A stretch of DNA of 62,396 nt, filler included, from Chiloscyllium plagiosum (lineage: Eukaryota), in the NCBI RefSeq assembly GCF_004010195.1. It is 3 parts of one record of this genome, joined end to end, with 100 filler letters (N's around TTAATTAATTAA, not from the genome) between each part and the next. Parts side by side here need not be neighbours in the genome. Positions count along the whole stretch, not along the records: positions 1 to 26,933 come from NC_057710.1; 2 more parts are not named here. The stretch is one strand, 5' to 3'. The notes beneath the pieces are model-generated. The model saw only the letters and a list, made by a program, of their open reading frames with translations. It was not told where the DNA came from and ran no database searches. Positions 1 to 12,559 of the stretch are shown in pieces (the first letter of the stretch is position 1; every line of letters begins with the position of its first letter). The position numbers and the translations under genes were made by a program.

Positions 1-180
1 GGCAGAGACAGGCCACTATAAATGCCGGAGGAAAGATCACAGAAGTGCTTCACAGGAGGCTCCCAAGCACTGAGGATGTCACCTAGACAGGGGACGAAAC
101 GTCTGCAACACAAATTCCCAGCTCGGCGAACAGAACCACAACAACGAGCACCCGAGCTACAAATCTTCTCCCAAACTTTC
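1..180 (+). mobile_element. Penelope-like element terminal repeat (family A) with a minimal hammerhead ribozyme motif
   Basis: 67-106 reads GCA-CTGAGGA-t-GTCaCC..GGgGAC-GAAA-CG-TC-TGC, a hammerhead core in a context typical of PLE terminal repeats. Confidence 0.65.
67..106 (+). ncRNA. Minimal type I hammerhead ribozyme motif
   Basis: Stem I GCA/TGC, CUGAGGA at 70-76, stem II, GAAA at 96-99, palindromic ACGU stem III, predicted cleavage after GUC at 103. Confidence 0.6.
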
Positions 181-393
181 TGCAGTTTCTCTCCATTCAG
201 TTGTACAGCTACACAAGTGATGAGAAAGCATGAGTTATGAATTTGGCCAACCAGTTCAGTGAGTTTTCAGTAAAACCTATTGTAGAGAAGAACTGAAAGC
301 ACCAACATGATAAATGGAGAGAACTCATGTTTCATGGATGGTCGAGTTTGAATGCAAAAAATGTGGACCTTTCCTACTTTTATCATGGAATCC

Positions 394-1190
394 CTACAGT
401 GTGGAAATAGGCCATTTGGCCGAACAACTCCACTCTGACCCACCTCTGTCCCTACTAAAACATTTAAATCCTGGAACCCGCAACTGCCAATCCTGTCCCT
501 GTTCTAGCCATGTCTCCGTAATAGCCACAACATCGAAGTCCCAGGTACCTACCCACGCTGCAAGTTCACCTACCTTATTTCGTGTACTTCTTGCATTGAA
601 GTATACACACTTCAAGCCACTTTCCTGTTTACAGACACCCTCCTTGGAAATTTATGCCATGTTCCTAACCTCCCTACACTCCAGGTCCTGCACCCTGAAG
701 CTACAATCTGGATTACCATGCCCCTGCAGAGTTAGTTTAAACCCCCGCCAAGAGCACTAGCAAACCTCCCCCCAAGGATACTGGTGCCCCTCAGGTTCAG
801 GTGTAGACCATCCTGTTTATAGAGGTCCTACCGTCCCCAGAAAGAACCCCAGTTATCCAAAAACCGGAATCCCTCCCTCCTGCACCATCCCTGTAGCCAC
901 GCATTTAAGTGTTCTCTTTCCCTATTCCTCGAATCTCTATCACGTGGCACGGGTAACAAACCAGAGACAACAACTCTGTTCGTTCTAACTCTGAGCTTCC
1001 AACCTAGCTCCCTGAAAGTCTGTCTAACATCCTCGGCACTCCTCCTACCTATGTCGTTGGTGCCAATATGGACCACGACTTCGGGCTGCTCCCCCTCCCC
1101 CTCCAGGAACCGGAAAACACGATCAGAGACATCACGTACCCTTGCACCTGGGAGGCAACATACCAAACGTGAGTCTCTCTCGTTCCCACA
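394..1190 (-). mobile_element. CR1 LINE fragment: ORF1 SGNH-esterase region and ORF2 endonuclease N-terminus
   Basis: ORF 828-1166 has VVVHIGTNDIG...GFRFLDNWGSFWGR. ORF 394-615 has CVYFNARS...DVVAITETWL. Confidence 0.9.
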
Positions 1191-2780
1191 ACAATCCTTT
1201 GCATAATCTTCATGTCATCCGTATCAAGGTTGGCTATATTACATTCACTTTTATCATCCAATTTATTAACATATATTGGAACTAATTGTGGCCCAATCAC
1301 TGATCCCTTTGATACTCCACTGGTTATGGGTTGCCATCCTGAAAAAACACCCCACCTCCTTATCCCAACTCCCCATCTTCTATTAGTTAGTCAATCCTCT
1401 CTCTCTGCTAATATACCAGTTCTTATTAAGTATGCTAATGTGTGATACCTTATGAAAGACCTTCTGAAAAATCCAACTATTTGGATTTGCATCCACTGCG
1501 TCTTCTTTATCTATCCTGCTTGTTACCATCTCAAAAGATCCTAGTAAATTTGTCAGGCATGAGTTTTGCCTCATGAAGCCATGCTGACTCTGCTTGATCT
1601 TATTATGCAGTTCATTGCTGCGGAGCACAATGGAGGCTGGGACGTTAAATGTCTTCAAGGCAGAAATTGATAAATTCTTGATCTCTCAAAGAATTAAGGG
1701 CTATGGGGAGAGTGCGGGTAAGTGGAGTTGAAATGCCCATCAGCCATGATTGAACAGTGGAGTGGACTCAATGGGCCGAATGGCCTTACTTCCACTCCTA
1801 TGTCTTATGGTCTTATTTCTAAATGCTGTGCTATTTCATCCTTTATAATCGACTCTTAGCTCCACTGTTATTGGAAAATGTTAAGTGGCCTATAATTACA
1901 TATTTATTGCCTCCTCTTTTAAACTGAAGATCTTACATTAGAACCTTTCCAATCTTATCGGACTATTCCAAGAATCTAGGGGTTCTTTGAAGATTACTGC
2001 CAATGCTCTCTGTAGCTATGTCTTTTAATACCCTATCATGCAACCGATCAGGTCTTAGGGACTTATTAGTCTTTAGCTCCTTTAGTTTTCCTAACATTTT
2101 CTCTGGTGATAGTTATTATATTGTTCCCTCGTCTCTTTTTATCCCTTGATTGTTTAGTCATTTTGGAATGCTATTCATCAACTATCTTCCACAATGAAGA
2201 CTTAGGCAAAGTATTTATTCAACTCCTCCTCGATTTCCTGGCTGCCATTATTATTTCCCCAACCACATTCTCCACTTTGGATCCTCTCTTCCTTTTCATA
2301 GATTTAAAGAAGCTCTTGCTGTCCTCTTTGGTACTGCTTGCAAGTACATCCTCAAAGTTTATTTTCACCCTCTTACTTGGTTATTTACTTTTGATTTTTA
2401 AAACTTATCCAATTCTCTGGTTTACAACTAAACTTTATACACTACATATATTTTTCTTTCAATTCAATGCTATCTTTAACTTCCCAGCTTAACCATGGTT
2501 GGCTTATCCTCTTCCTAGAATCCTTCGTCCTCACTTGAGTATATCTTTGTAGTTGCTCAACCATCTTTGCTGCTTAACTCCTTTTCAAGTTCACTTCAGC
2601 ATCAGATCAGCCCTTATTCCTTTGTAATTGCGATCGTTTGAGTTTAGCACAGTTTTTTCTAACCCAAGTTCTCTTCTCTCAAACTGAATGTTAAATTTTG
2701 CCACGTTTTGGTCATTATTTCTGAGGCAATCTTTTATCCTGACATTGTTTATTAAATCTACCTCATTACACATCAGATCC
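1191..2780 (-). mobile_element. Old degenerate CR1 ORF2, interrupted by a younger CR1 3' end on + (about 1612-1816)
   Basis: RT remnants such as KQSQHGFMRQNSCLTNLL and IYVNKLDD. The insert ends in a TGTCTTATGGTCTTAT tail. Confidence 0.75.
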
Positions 2781-3444
2781 AAATGGCCTGAGGAGAAGGG
2801 AAGTGGGAAGTGAATGTGTGTGGATGGAAACACATGCTATTTACTTGAATGACTAGCATCTGCAGCACAGATACCAGCATCTGCAGTAATTTGCTCCCAG
2901 CCTGATTCCTGGTTGGATCCAAAACATATTGTTCTAGGACAAAAACGGAAAGTACTGGATACACTCAGCAGGTATGGCAGCATCCGTGGAGAGAATGCGG
3001 TGTTAACATTTCGAGTCCGGTGACCCTTCATGAAAACTGTTTCCACTATGAACTTGATTTCCAACAACATAATTCAGAAACTCACTCCACCTTAGTCTAT
3101 GTTCCTTACTAACTGCAATGAATGAATTCCCTTTCTTATAAAGGTCTATGTTACAAATGCAGATATAGAAATGTATAATGGCAAAAAAGTAACAAATAGT
3201 TAATGTATATAGGCATTTTTAGAATGCAGTATGTTGTAGCAATATGTTTCAGGATCTATTAGCGTGCAGTAATGCTACTTTGAATTACAAATTTGATGTA
3301 AATATTAAAAATATCTCTGCTGAGTGACATTATGATCTATGCTAAAGATATAATTTAATGTTCATGGTCAAGGAATTGAAACATAACAATTGATTATGAG
3401 CCAAACGTGAAAAATGTTGGAACAAATTTCATCTTTCTATCACC

Positions 3445-3945
3445 TAACGTGTGCAGTTTTGGCCTCCTTCTCTGACAAAGTATGTTCTGGCTGTAGAAGG
3501 AGTGTAACAAAGATTTACCAGACTGATTCCTGGGGTGGCAGAACTGGATAGTAGGATAAGGTAAGATTGAATAGGTTAGGACTATATTCAATGGAGTTTA
3601 CAAGGATGAGAGGGAATTTCATAGAAACCTATTAACTTCTAACAGGACTAGATCGTGTAAATACAGCAAGGGTGTTCCCGATACCGATACACGGGCCACA
3701 GTCTGAGGATATGGGGTAGGCTATTTAGGACCGAGCTGAGGAGAAATTTCTTCACCCAGAAAGCAGTTGAAGCTAAAAACATACGTTTTCAAGAAGTTAG
3801 ATTTGTTATTAGGGCTAAAGGTATCAAAGAAAATGGGAAGGATGTGGGAGCAAGATACTAAGTTGGATGATCAACCATGATCATATTGAATGTTGGAGCA
3901 CTTGAACTGAATGGCTTACTTCTGCTAATTTCTATGTTTCTAATA
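3445..3945 (+). mobile_element. CR1 LINE 3' fragment
   Basis: Degenerate ORF2 C-terminus and 3' UTR ending in TTCTATGTTTCTA. Confidence 0.7.
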
Positions 3946-4314
3946 TCAAGCCTCAGAGACAGAGCTTGCAATGTGCATTGGTCTTTCACTCTTGAGCCCT
4001 CCACCACCCATGACATTACAGAGACTGGTTGGAGTAATTGATAGGGGAAATAATAGTGAATTCGTTTCCTCAACTAAAAATGGTTTTAAAAAAAAAGCAA
4101 GCGCTTCAAAGCAGCAGCACGTGGAACACCTGGATGGTAAACCTTCTGGCCGGAAGGTAGTGTCACTATCACTGCTCAATAAGTGCCCCTCACTGCTTAT
4201 TGTAAGACGGCATGACTGAGATAATCAGGTTTCTCGTCTTAATTCAGAAAAGGCGCTTTTCGTTCGAGACTTTCTCTGACCAACTGCGACAAACTAGTTC
4301 TCAGCTAAATCAGG

Positions 4315-4925
4315 CAGCATCCAGGGAACAGGAGAATCGACGTTTCGGGCATAAGCCCTTCTTCAGGAATGAGGAAAGTTTGTCCAGCAGGCTAAGATAA
4401 AAGGTAGGGAGGAGGGACTTGGGGGAGGGGCGTCGGAAATGTGATAGGTGGAAAGAGGTCAAGATGAGGGTGATAGGTCAGACTGGGGTGGGGGCGGAGA
4501 GGTCGGGAAGAAGATTGCAGGTTAGGAAGGCAGTGCTGAATTCGATGGATTTGACTGAGACAAGGTGGGAGGAGGGGAAATGANNNNNNNNNNNNNNNNN
4601 NNNNNNNNNNNNNNNNNNNNNNNNNNNNNNNNNNNNNNNNNNNNNNNNNNNNNNNNNNNNNNNNNNNNNNNNNNNNNNNNNNNNNNNNNNNNNNNNNNNN
4701 NNNNNNNNNNNNNNNNNNNNNNNNNNNNNNNNNNNNNNNNNNNNNNNNNNNNNNNNNNNNNNNNNNNNTATCTTAGCCTGCTGGACAAACTTTCCTCATT
4801 CCTGAAGAAGGGCTTATGCCCGAAACGTCGATTCTCCTGTTCCCTGGATGCTGCCTGACCTGCTGCGCTTTTCCAGCAACACATTTCCAGCTCTGATCTC
4901 CAGCATCTGCAGACCTCACTTTCTC
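4315..4925. mobile_element. Penelope-like element (family B) with inverted terminal repeats, spanning an N gap
   Basis: About 4311-4400 is the reverse complement of about 4770-4860. Flanked by 15-bp direct repeat CTCAGCTAAATCAGG (4300-4314, 4926-4940). Gap at about 4584-4768. Confidence 0.8.
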
Positions 4926-6951
4926 CTCAGCTAAATCAGGGCAGCTGCTTGACAGGAAAGAATTCTGTTCATATCATTGATTTTGGTCATGCAGATGCTT
5001 ACATTTGGACCTTTTTATTTTCAAAGGGTGCACTCAAATTCCTTCCCAGTAACGTACCAATTAACCAGTCTGGATCCTTCTGCTGAAACCACCATGTGAA
5101 AAGGACGTGGGTGTAGGGATTATTCCAGTGTGTTTCCATCTGCACCCATTCAATTCCCATTTCCCGTCTCTTCTCCCAGCCTCCAAAAAACAACACGCAG
5201 AGGCAACTCTCCGGGCGAAATTGAACATAGTACACCATTGATCAGACATAAGCCGTGTACCATTGACATAAATTCATAATGCGGGTGCATCTGAGTTCAA
5301 AAGTGATCGTTTACTGTGACGGAAAATTCGGTTTCGGTATATTCGTCATGAAACCGATCACAATCACCGGTTTAGTGACTGCGTTTGGCTCGAACACGAT
5401 TTCTCATCATTTACTGTATTCGATTGCTCTGACAGTGAATACTTTAAGAGAGAGTTCATTGGATTTTAAAAAAATCCCCTCTTGGTCAATTACATTTGTT
5501 TCCGCCCTTTCTCAAGTTTTTATACAAATTTGCTAACATTTTTTTAAACGAAATGTAGAGAGCTGCCTGTTCACTCATTTGTAAAGCTGGTAATAATTTT
5601 CCAATTCTGGTAACACAATCCACTTATTTCACTGGAATGTGGTCGGTATCAAAGATTACTCTGTCAGTTACGTGAGGTTTCGACGTAGAAAAACTCTTGG
5701 ATTTCACACAATGTTTGCAAAACTTGTTTGCAACATCTACATTGTTTACTGGAAGTATAACAAAGTTACAGCGTGAAAGTCATAATTCCAAAGGGACCTC
5801 AGACATATTGTTGGATTACACTCTAACTCCCAGTTCTTCAGTGGTTCAGACTATGCCATTAAGCTGATCGGGACGTTTTGTTATCAACGGATAAAGTGAT
5901 GCCAGTGATCGATGTGTATTGCTCGCAAATAACATTAGAAGCAAGATTACCTTTGGGGTTACAAAGGAGGTGTGACCAAGGCCATATTCACACTGCACTG
6001 CACTGCAAATTCAAATGAACTTTCCCCGATCCTTCTTGTGAAATTGCTACCTGAGGTTTCCCCAAACTGTAAATAAATTGCTTGTATTTCACCCACCCCC
6101 AGCCCCACCAGCCCGATTTCCGAACCCCAGGCACCTCACTGACGTTTGTTCCAAAACCTCTGAAGGAGCACAGCGGTGGGAACGAGTGGGACAATAGTGA
6201 ATAGTACAAATTCCTGGCAGCGGCTTTTATTCTGCACAGCTCCGGCAAAGGCTGGAAGCGATGAGAAAAGGACGGCTCCATCATTTTTCTCGACGTAAGA
6301 TTAATGTCGTGCCATCCATCATGACACTAAACAGTGGAAGCAGGAGATCCAGGGCCGCAGTGGGTCACAAGTCAATTAGCCGCATTACTGAAAGATGTTT
6401 GGTTACAAGCTGAGAGTCATTGTCGAATTAAATGTGCCCTTTCCCTTTGAGAACATTCTTCCAAATTTCCCCTTTCGCACGATGGATTAGCGCAGGACAC
6501 AACACCAAAATAGAAAATCTTTCCTCATGGTATATCTGCCCAGTGTAAGGAGCAGCTTCTATCAGCGGATGAGCTGCATAGTGTGGTTTGTTACAGCACA
6601 AACCGGACTCTGAATTTAACAGAAGCTGGACGGACAACAGCGAGTTAAATATAGGAATGAGATTAATCACTTGAATCAAACAAATCTTCCTATACGTCTG
6701 AATAGCAAAGTCTCATGGCGTGAATAATTCTAGCTATGCATTAATTTGCTCCCGACAAAGTGTACACTTTCACAGCTAAATAACGTTTTGAGAGTGGTCC
6801 ATACAATGGCTGTTTTTTTTTAAAACAGTTAATTTTACGGACAGTTGTACTTGCATACTAATTTCCACTATTAAACATCTTTGCAGAAAGGGCTGGAGAA
6901 ATTCGGCAGATCTGGCAGCATCTGTGGAGAGAGACACAGAGTGAATCTTTG

Positions 6952-7260
6952 GGCTCCAGTGATTCATGGCAACGTTAACTCTGATTTCTCTCCACAGATG
7001 TTGCCAGACTTGCTGAGCTTCTCCATGCTTTCTGATTTTATTTCAGACCTTCAGCGCCTGCACTTTTTTTGATGTATTAAAACATCTTATGCTAAGATGT
7101 GCTGGGGCTCCAGTGATTCATGGCAACGTTAACTCTGATTTCTCTCCACAGATGTTGCCAGACTTGCTGAGCTTCTCCACGCTTTCTGATTTTATTTCAG
7201 ACCTTCAGCGCCTGCACTTTTTTTTGATGTATTAAAACATCTTATGCTAAGATGTGCTGG
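6952..7260. repeat. Near-perfect tandem duplication of about 154 bp, overlapping a palindromic PLE-derived element
   Basis: 6952-7105 and 7106-7260 differ by one substitution and one T in a homopolymer. Confidence 0.9.
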
Positions 7261-7404
7261 AAATGTTGTGATGAATTTAACCTTTACAGTTAGTACACTG
7301 GGTCCTTAAACTGATCTCTTGTGTTGAAGGCCTCACTGGTCACATTAAAAAAAAACACAATCTCCCTATGTATTTTAAACTGAAAGATTAAATACTTTTA
7401 GTTA

Positions 7405-7545
7405 ATTAGAGTAATACAGCACTGAAACAGACCCTTCGGTCCAACCAGTCCATGCCGAATATAATCCCAAACTAAACTACTCCTGCCTATTCCTGGCCCA
7501 TATCCCTCCATATCTTTTCTATTCATGTACTTATCCAAATGTCTT
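7405..7545 (-). mobile_element. CR1/HER1 3' end fragment
   Basis: GAAACAGACCCTTCGGTCCAAC...CCATATCCCTCC tail, shared with many copies in the window. Confidence 0.8.
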
Positions 7546-8399
7546 GAAGTATTATTTTAACTCACTTTTAAATTAGTAGTGTTAAAAACGAAACGTTGTG
7601 AAGTGTATTTCGAAAATGACCCCATTGTTTGAAGGAATAATCATAGCTAGAGAGATGAAACAGATACATACCAGGTCTTACTGATTCCACCTGGGACTGT
7701 GGAGGAAACGAATCTCAGTCGAGTCTGCGTTTAAAGTGAAATAAACATCCGCGAGCTCTCTGTGGAAATAATTTATTCTTTGCCGGATTGATTTGAAAAG
7801 TGTAATGTGCAATACTCGGAAAATATGCAAAATATTCCCTATTGACCGCGCAGTGGGCAACACAAAGCGGGGTTTGTTATTAACTGCGATTTACTCTCGT
7901 TCTTATCCACGACATCCTCAAAAAGCACACATTTCTCAAGTTAAACGAAACAGATCGTTTTCCACGGTGGAACAATAGGACATTATCGGGACACCCGCGT
8001 CACTAAAATACTTCACCCCCGAGTAAACATTGGACTTCTAAATCGTGTGTGTTAAAAAAAAGCAACTTAGCACTGCAAAATTAAAACATGTAAATGTTAG
8101 CAGTTTGGCAGATCGGTCCAGTTTATATTCGAGGGCCTGGTGATGCAATGGGAATGTACCCACCTCTGCACCAGAAGCCCCTGACTCAAGCCCTACCTGC
8201 CCTACATGTCTGGACAGATTGCTTAGAAATATCTAGTTTGTACTTTATTCCAGTCAAAGGCACTCGTTAGAGCTGATCGAAATGTGGAGGAAAAGTAGAC
8301 TGGTCTATCACACTTAGCAGAATGATAGTATCATACAACATGATGGAAAGTTTCTACAATATGAAGGTGGCATTTGTTGCCCCAAGGGACTGTAGTCAC

Positions 8400-9431
8400 C
8401 CAATTGGGGCATACCCTGCACCCTTCCTGCCCTCAGTGCATCCTCCAAGTGTTGTTCAACATGGAATAACACTGATACATCAGCTAAGCTGGTATGGGGT
8501 TGTATGTGATAATCATCATGAGGTTTACTTGCCCATGTTTGGCCTAATGATATGAGATTTCATGGGATCAGAGTCAATGTTGAGGATGTCCAGGGCAATT
8601 CCCTCCCAAGTGTATACCATCATGCCACCAACTCTGCTGACTCTGTCCTGCAAGTGGGACAGGACATATCGAGGGATGTGATCATGGTGTCTGTGATTCT
8701 GTGAGTATTACTATGTCTAGGCTGTTGCTTAACTAGTCCATGAGACCACTCATGAGACCTGCAATCTTCTTCCTGACCTCTCCGCCCTCACCCCACTCCG
8801 GCTATCACCCTAACCTTGACCTCCCTCCACCTATCGCAATTCCAACGCCCCTCCCCCAAGTCCCTCCTCCCTACCTTTTATCTTAGCCTGCTGGACACAC
8901 TTTCCTCATTCCTGAAGAAGGGCTTATGCCCGAAACGTCGATTCTCCTGTTCCTTGGATGCTGCCTGACCTGCTGCGCTTTTCCAGCATCACATTTTCAA
9001 CATGAGACCACTCTCCCAAGTTCAGCACTAGCCCCCAGCTATTAGTACGGAAGACTTTACAGAGTCAAAAGGGCTGTTTTTGTCATTGTCTTTTCCAGTG
9101 CCTAGTTCGATGCCAGGCAGTCTGCATGGCTTAATGTTCATTTTAAGACCACCCAACAATTGCTACAACTGAGCAGCTTGCTCAGATATTTCAGAGGACG
9201 GTTATGATCCTTTGCTGTGAGTCTCACATAGATGAGACAGGTAAAGATGGCAGATATCATCTCCTAAAGAACTTCAGTGAACCAAATTCAATTTGCAACT
9301 CATTACACTTTTAATTTCAGATTTTGACTGAATTAAAATTACACCATCTGCCATAGTAGGATGTGAACCCAGAACATTACTTGGGTCTCTGAATTTCTAA
9401 TCCAGCAATAATATCACAACAGCATTGCCTT
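8400..9431 (-). mobile_element. Old APE-type LINE, 5' part (copy 1), with tRNA-like head
   Basis: The minus strand from about 9040 to 8580 gives a decayed APE N-terminus (IPRYVLSHLQDRVSRVGG). The head at about 9330-9431 resembles the SINE at 19938. Confidence 0.7.
8752..9000 (+). mobile_element. Penelope-like family B fragment inserted in the LINE
   Basis: Contains CTGAAGA-AGGGCTTATGCCC-GAAACGTC. 13-bp target duplication CATGAGACCACTC at 8739-8751 and 9001-9013. Confidence 0.85.
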
Positions 9432-10877
9432 CACATCTATCCTTTCACTTCTTTTAATTCATGTATAGGATATGCGTGTCACTGACCAGCATTTATTGAC
9501 TGTCCCTCGTTGCCCTTGAGAAGGTTGTGGTGGGCTGCCTTCTTGAACCGCTGCAGTCCACGTGCAGTAAGCAGACCCACAATATCATTAGGGAGGGATC
9601 TGTAGCTTTTTGACCCAGAGCCATTGAAGGAACGGCGATATATTTCCAAGTTAGGGTGAGGAGTCATTTGGATGGGAACTTGCAGGCAGAGGTATTCCCA
9701 TATATTTGCTGCCCTTGCCCTTCTGGATGGAAGTGACCATGGGTTGAAATGATGCTTATCATTGTGCAATCATCTTTGAACATTCCCTCTTCTGACCAAA
9801 TGAAGCTACTGAAGGTAGTTGAATCTAGGACATTGACCTGAGGAATTTCTGCAGATGTTCTGGAGCTGAGATGACTGACCTCCAACAACCACAACCATCT
9901 TCGTGTGTGACAGGTATGACTCTAACCACCAGCAAGATTGCACCCTGATTGTAATTGATTCCAGTTTTGTTAGGCTCTTCAATGTCAGACTCAGTCAAAT
10001 GTGTCCTTGATGTCAAGGGTAGTCACTCTCACCTCACCTCTGGAATTCAGCTTTTTTGTCCAAGGCTGTAATGAGGTCAGGAGCTGAGTGACCCTGGTGG
10101 AACCCAACCTGGGCATCACTGAGCATGTTATTGCTGAGCAGGAGCTGTTTAACAGCATTGTTGGTGACATCTTCCATCATTTCACTCATGATTGTGAGTA
10201 GGTTGACAGGACTGGAATTGGCCAGATTGGATTTGTCCACCATTTTTGTGTACCGGACATACCTCATCAATTTTCCACATTGTCAGCTAATGTTGTACAT
10301 ATACTGAAATAGTTTTGATAGGAAGCAGCAAGTTCAAATGCTTCAACCTTATCATTTGCACTAAAGTACTACTCTTCCCACTTATTGAGGATGGGGATAT
10401 TTGTGGAGCCTCCTCCTCTTCCAGTGAGTTGTTTAATTGTCCACCATCATGCAGGTTGCAGGACCGCAAAGCTTAGATCTGATCCATTGGTTGTGGAATC
10501 ACTTATCACTTGCTATTGTTTGACACACAAGTAGTCTTGTTTTGTTGATCCATCAGATTGACATGTTATTTTCAGGTATGCCTGATGCTGCTGCTGTCAT
10601 GCCCTCTTGCACTCTCCATTGAACCAGGGTTGATCTCCTGGCTTGATGGTACTGGTTGTGTGGGGGATAAACTGGGCTGTGAGGTTGCAAATTGTGTTGG
10701 AATAGAATTCTGCTGCTGTTGTTGATCCACAGAGTCTCCTGGATGCCCAATCCTGAGTGGCTAGGTCTATTTGAAGTCTATTCCTTTTAGCACAGTAATA
10801 GTGCCACACAATATGATGTAAGATATTCTTATAGTGAAGGCAGGACTTCATCTCCGCAATGACTGTGCAGTGGTCAC

Positions 10878-11087
10878 CTAGAGTCATAGAGATGTACAGC
10901 ATGGAAACAAACCCTTTGGTCCAACTCATCCATGCCGACCAGATATCCCAACCCAATCTAGTCCCACCTGCCAGCACCTGGCCCTTATCCCTACAAACCC
11001 TTCCTATTCATATATCCATCCAGATGCCTTTTCAATGTTGTAATTGTACCAGCCTCCGCCGCTTCCTCTGGCAGCCCATTCCACATA
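10878..11087 (-). mobile_element. Young CR1/HER1 3' end inserted in the old LINE
   Basis: TAGAGTCATAGAGATGTACAGCATGGAAAC tail followed by ORF2 C-terminus. Confidence 0.85.
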
Positions 11088-11361
11088 CACGCTTTTACCA
11101 ATACAATTATGGGCAGATACATGTGTGGTAGGCAGATTGGTGAGGATGTGGTCAACTTTATTTTTCTCTCTTATTGGTTCTCTCACTACCTGCTGCAGAA
11201 CCAGTCTAGCAGCTATGTCTTTTCGGACTAGCTCGATCAATAGTACTGCTGCTGAGACACTGTTGGTGGTAGACATTGAATTCACCCAATCAAAGTACTT
11301 TCTTCACCCTTCCACCCTCAGTGCTTCCTCCAACTGTTGTTCAACATAGTGGAGCACTGAT

Positions 11362-12152
11362 AGGCTAACCCACCTAAGTTGCACATGTTTGGACTGTGGG
11401 AGGAAACTGGAGTGCCTGGAGGAAACCCACGCAGATTTGTATCGCAGCTGTTCTGACCTAGACTGCAAGAAATTACAGAGAATCACAAACCAGCCTTATA
11501 TCCATTGACTTTGTCTACATAACTGACTGACTCAGGAAAACAGCCAACATAATCAAAGACACCTCCCACCCCGGTTATACAGTCGATTCTGATATAATAC
11601 AATAGTTCTGTGCTTGTGCAATATTGCCTTATAAGAAAATCATGTAATAGCTGCACAATTTAAATAATGGAGCTGGAATGGTGTTATAACCAATACAGGT
11701 AAAGAAAGTTCGTATTCTGTAAATAATGGTCTACATTCTGCAATTGTGTTAAAGCCAATTTGCATTGAAGGAACACGCTTTATAGCTGAACTGACCTCTC
11801 TTCCATCGGGCAGAAGATACAGAAGTTTGAAAACATGTGCCAACAGATTCATGAACAACTTCTTCCCTGCTGTTATCAGATGTATGAACAGACCTTTCAT
11901 ATTGGATTTGATTCTTCTCTGCACCTTCTCTACAGCTGTAAAAGTATATTTTGCATTCTGTTCTGTTGCCCTGCTGTACTTATGATTTGCCTGAATAGCA
12001 TGCAAAACAATAATTTTCACTATAATTCAGTACATGTGACAATAATAAATCAAATCAGACATAGAGAGAATGTGAAAACTCCACACAGACATTTGCCCAA
12101 GGCTAGAATTGAACCCTGTTGTTGTGAGGTAGTAGTGCTAACCACTGTGCCC
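11362..12152 (-). mobile_element. HE1-type SINE split by a Rex1/Babar fragment
   Basis: SINE body at 11362-11435 resumes in register at about 12057-12152 (GTGCTAACCACTGTGCC). Confidence 0.75.
11436..12056 (+). mobile_element. Rex1/Babar LINE 3' end, interrupted by a small TIR element (about 11578-11795)
   Basis: LPSGRRYRSLKTCANRFMNNFFPAVIR C-terminal motif and AAATC-repeat tail. The inner insert starts TA-CAGTCGATTCTGATATAA and ends TTATAGCTGAACTGAC (imperfect inverted ends). Confidence 0.7.
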
Positions 12153-12559
12153 CTGGTCAAAGGGACTGTTTCTGCCTTTGGCCTTTCTGGTGTCTAGGTC
12201 AATGTCAAGTGGCTTGCCTGGTTTCATTCCTTTTTTGAGACTTCCCAGTGATTGTTTCCACTGTGCTGCCTGCTGGGTTACTTCAAAGGCAGTTAAGAGT
12301 CAACCATATTGTTGTGGGTCAGGATTCACACATGGGCCAGATCAAGAAGGATAGCAGATTTCCTTCCCTAAAGGGATGTGGTTTTTACACAATCAATAAT
12401 GGTTTCATGATCTTTCATGACTTTTAATTCCAGACGTATTAGTTGAATTAAAATTCCACCATCTGCTATGCTGGAGTCCAAACCCAGGTGTGCCAGACCT
12501 TTCCCTGGATTATGAGTCAAGTGACAATACCACTCGGCCATCACCTCCTCTACATGGGT

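Larger units (their letters stand above)
9450..12549 (-). mobile_element. Old APE-RT LINE (copy 2), near full span with deletions and nested insertions; tRNA-like head at the 5' end
   Basis: RT remnants DKSNLANSSPVNLL...LSDAQVGFHQGHSAPDLITAL and KPGDQPWFNGEC. 3' tail at about 9450-9530. Head at about 12250-12549. Confidence 0.75.
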
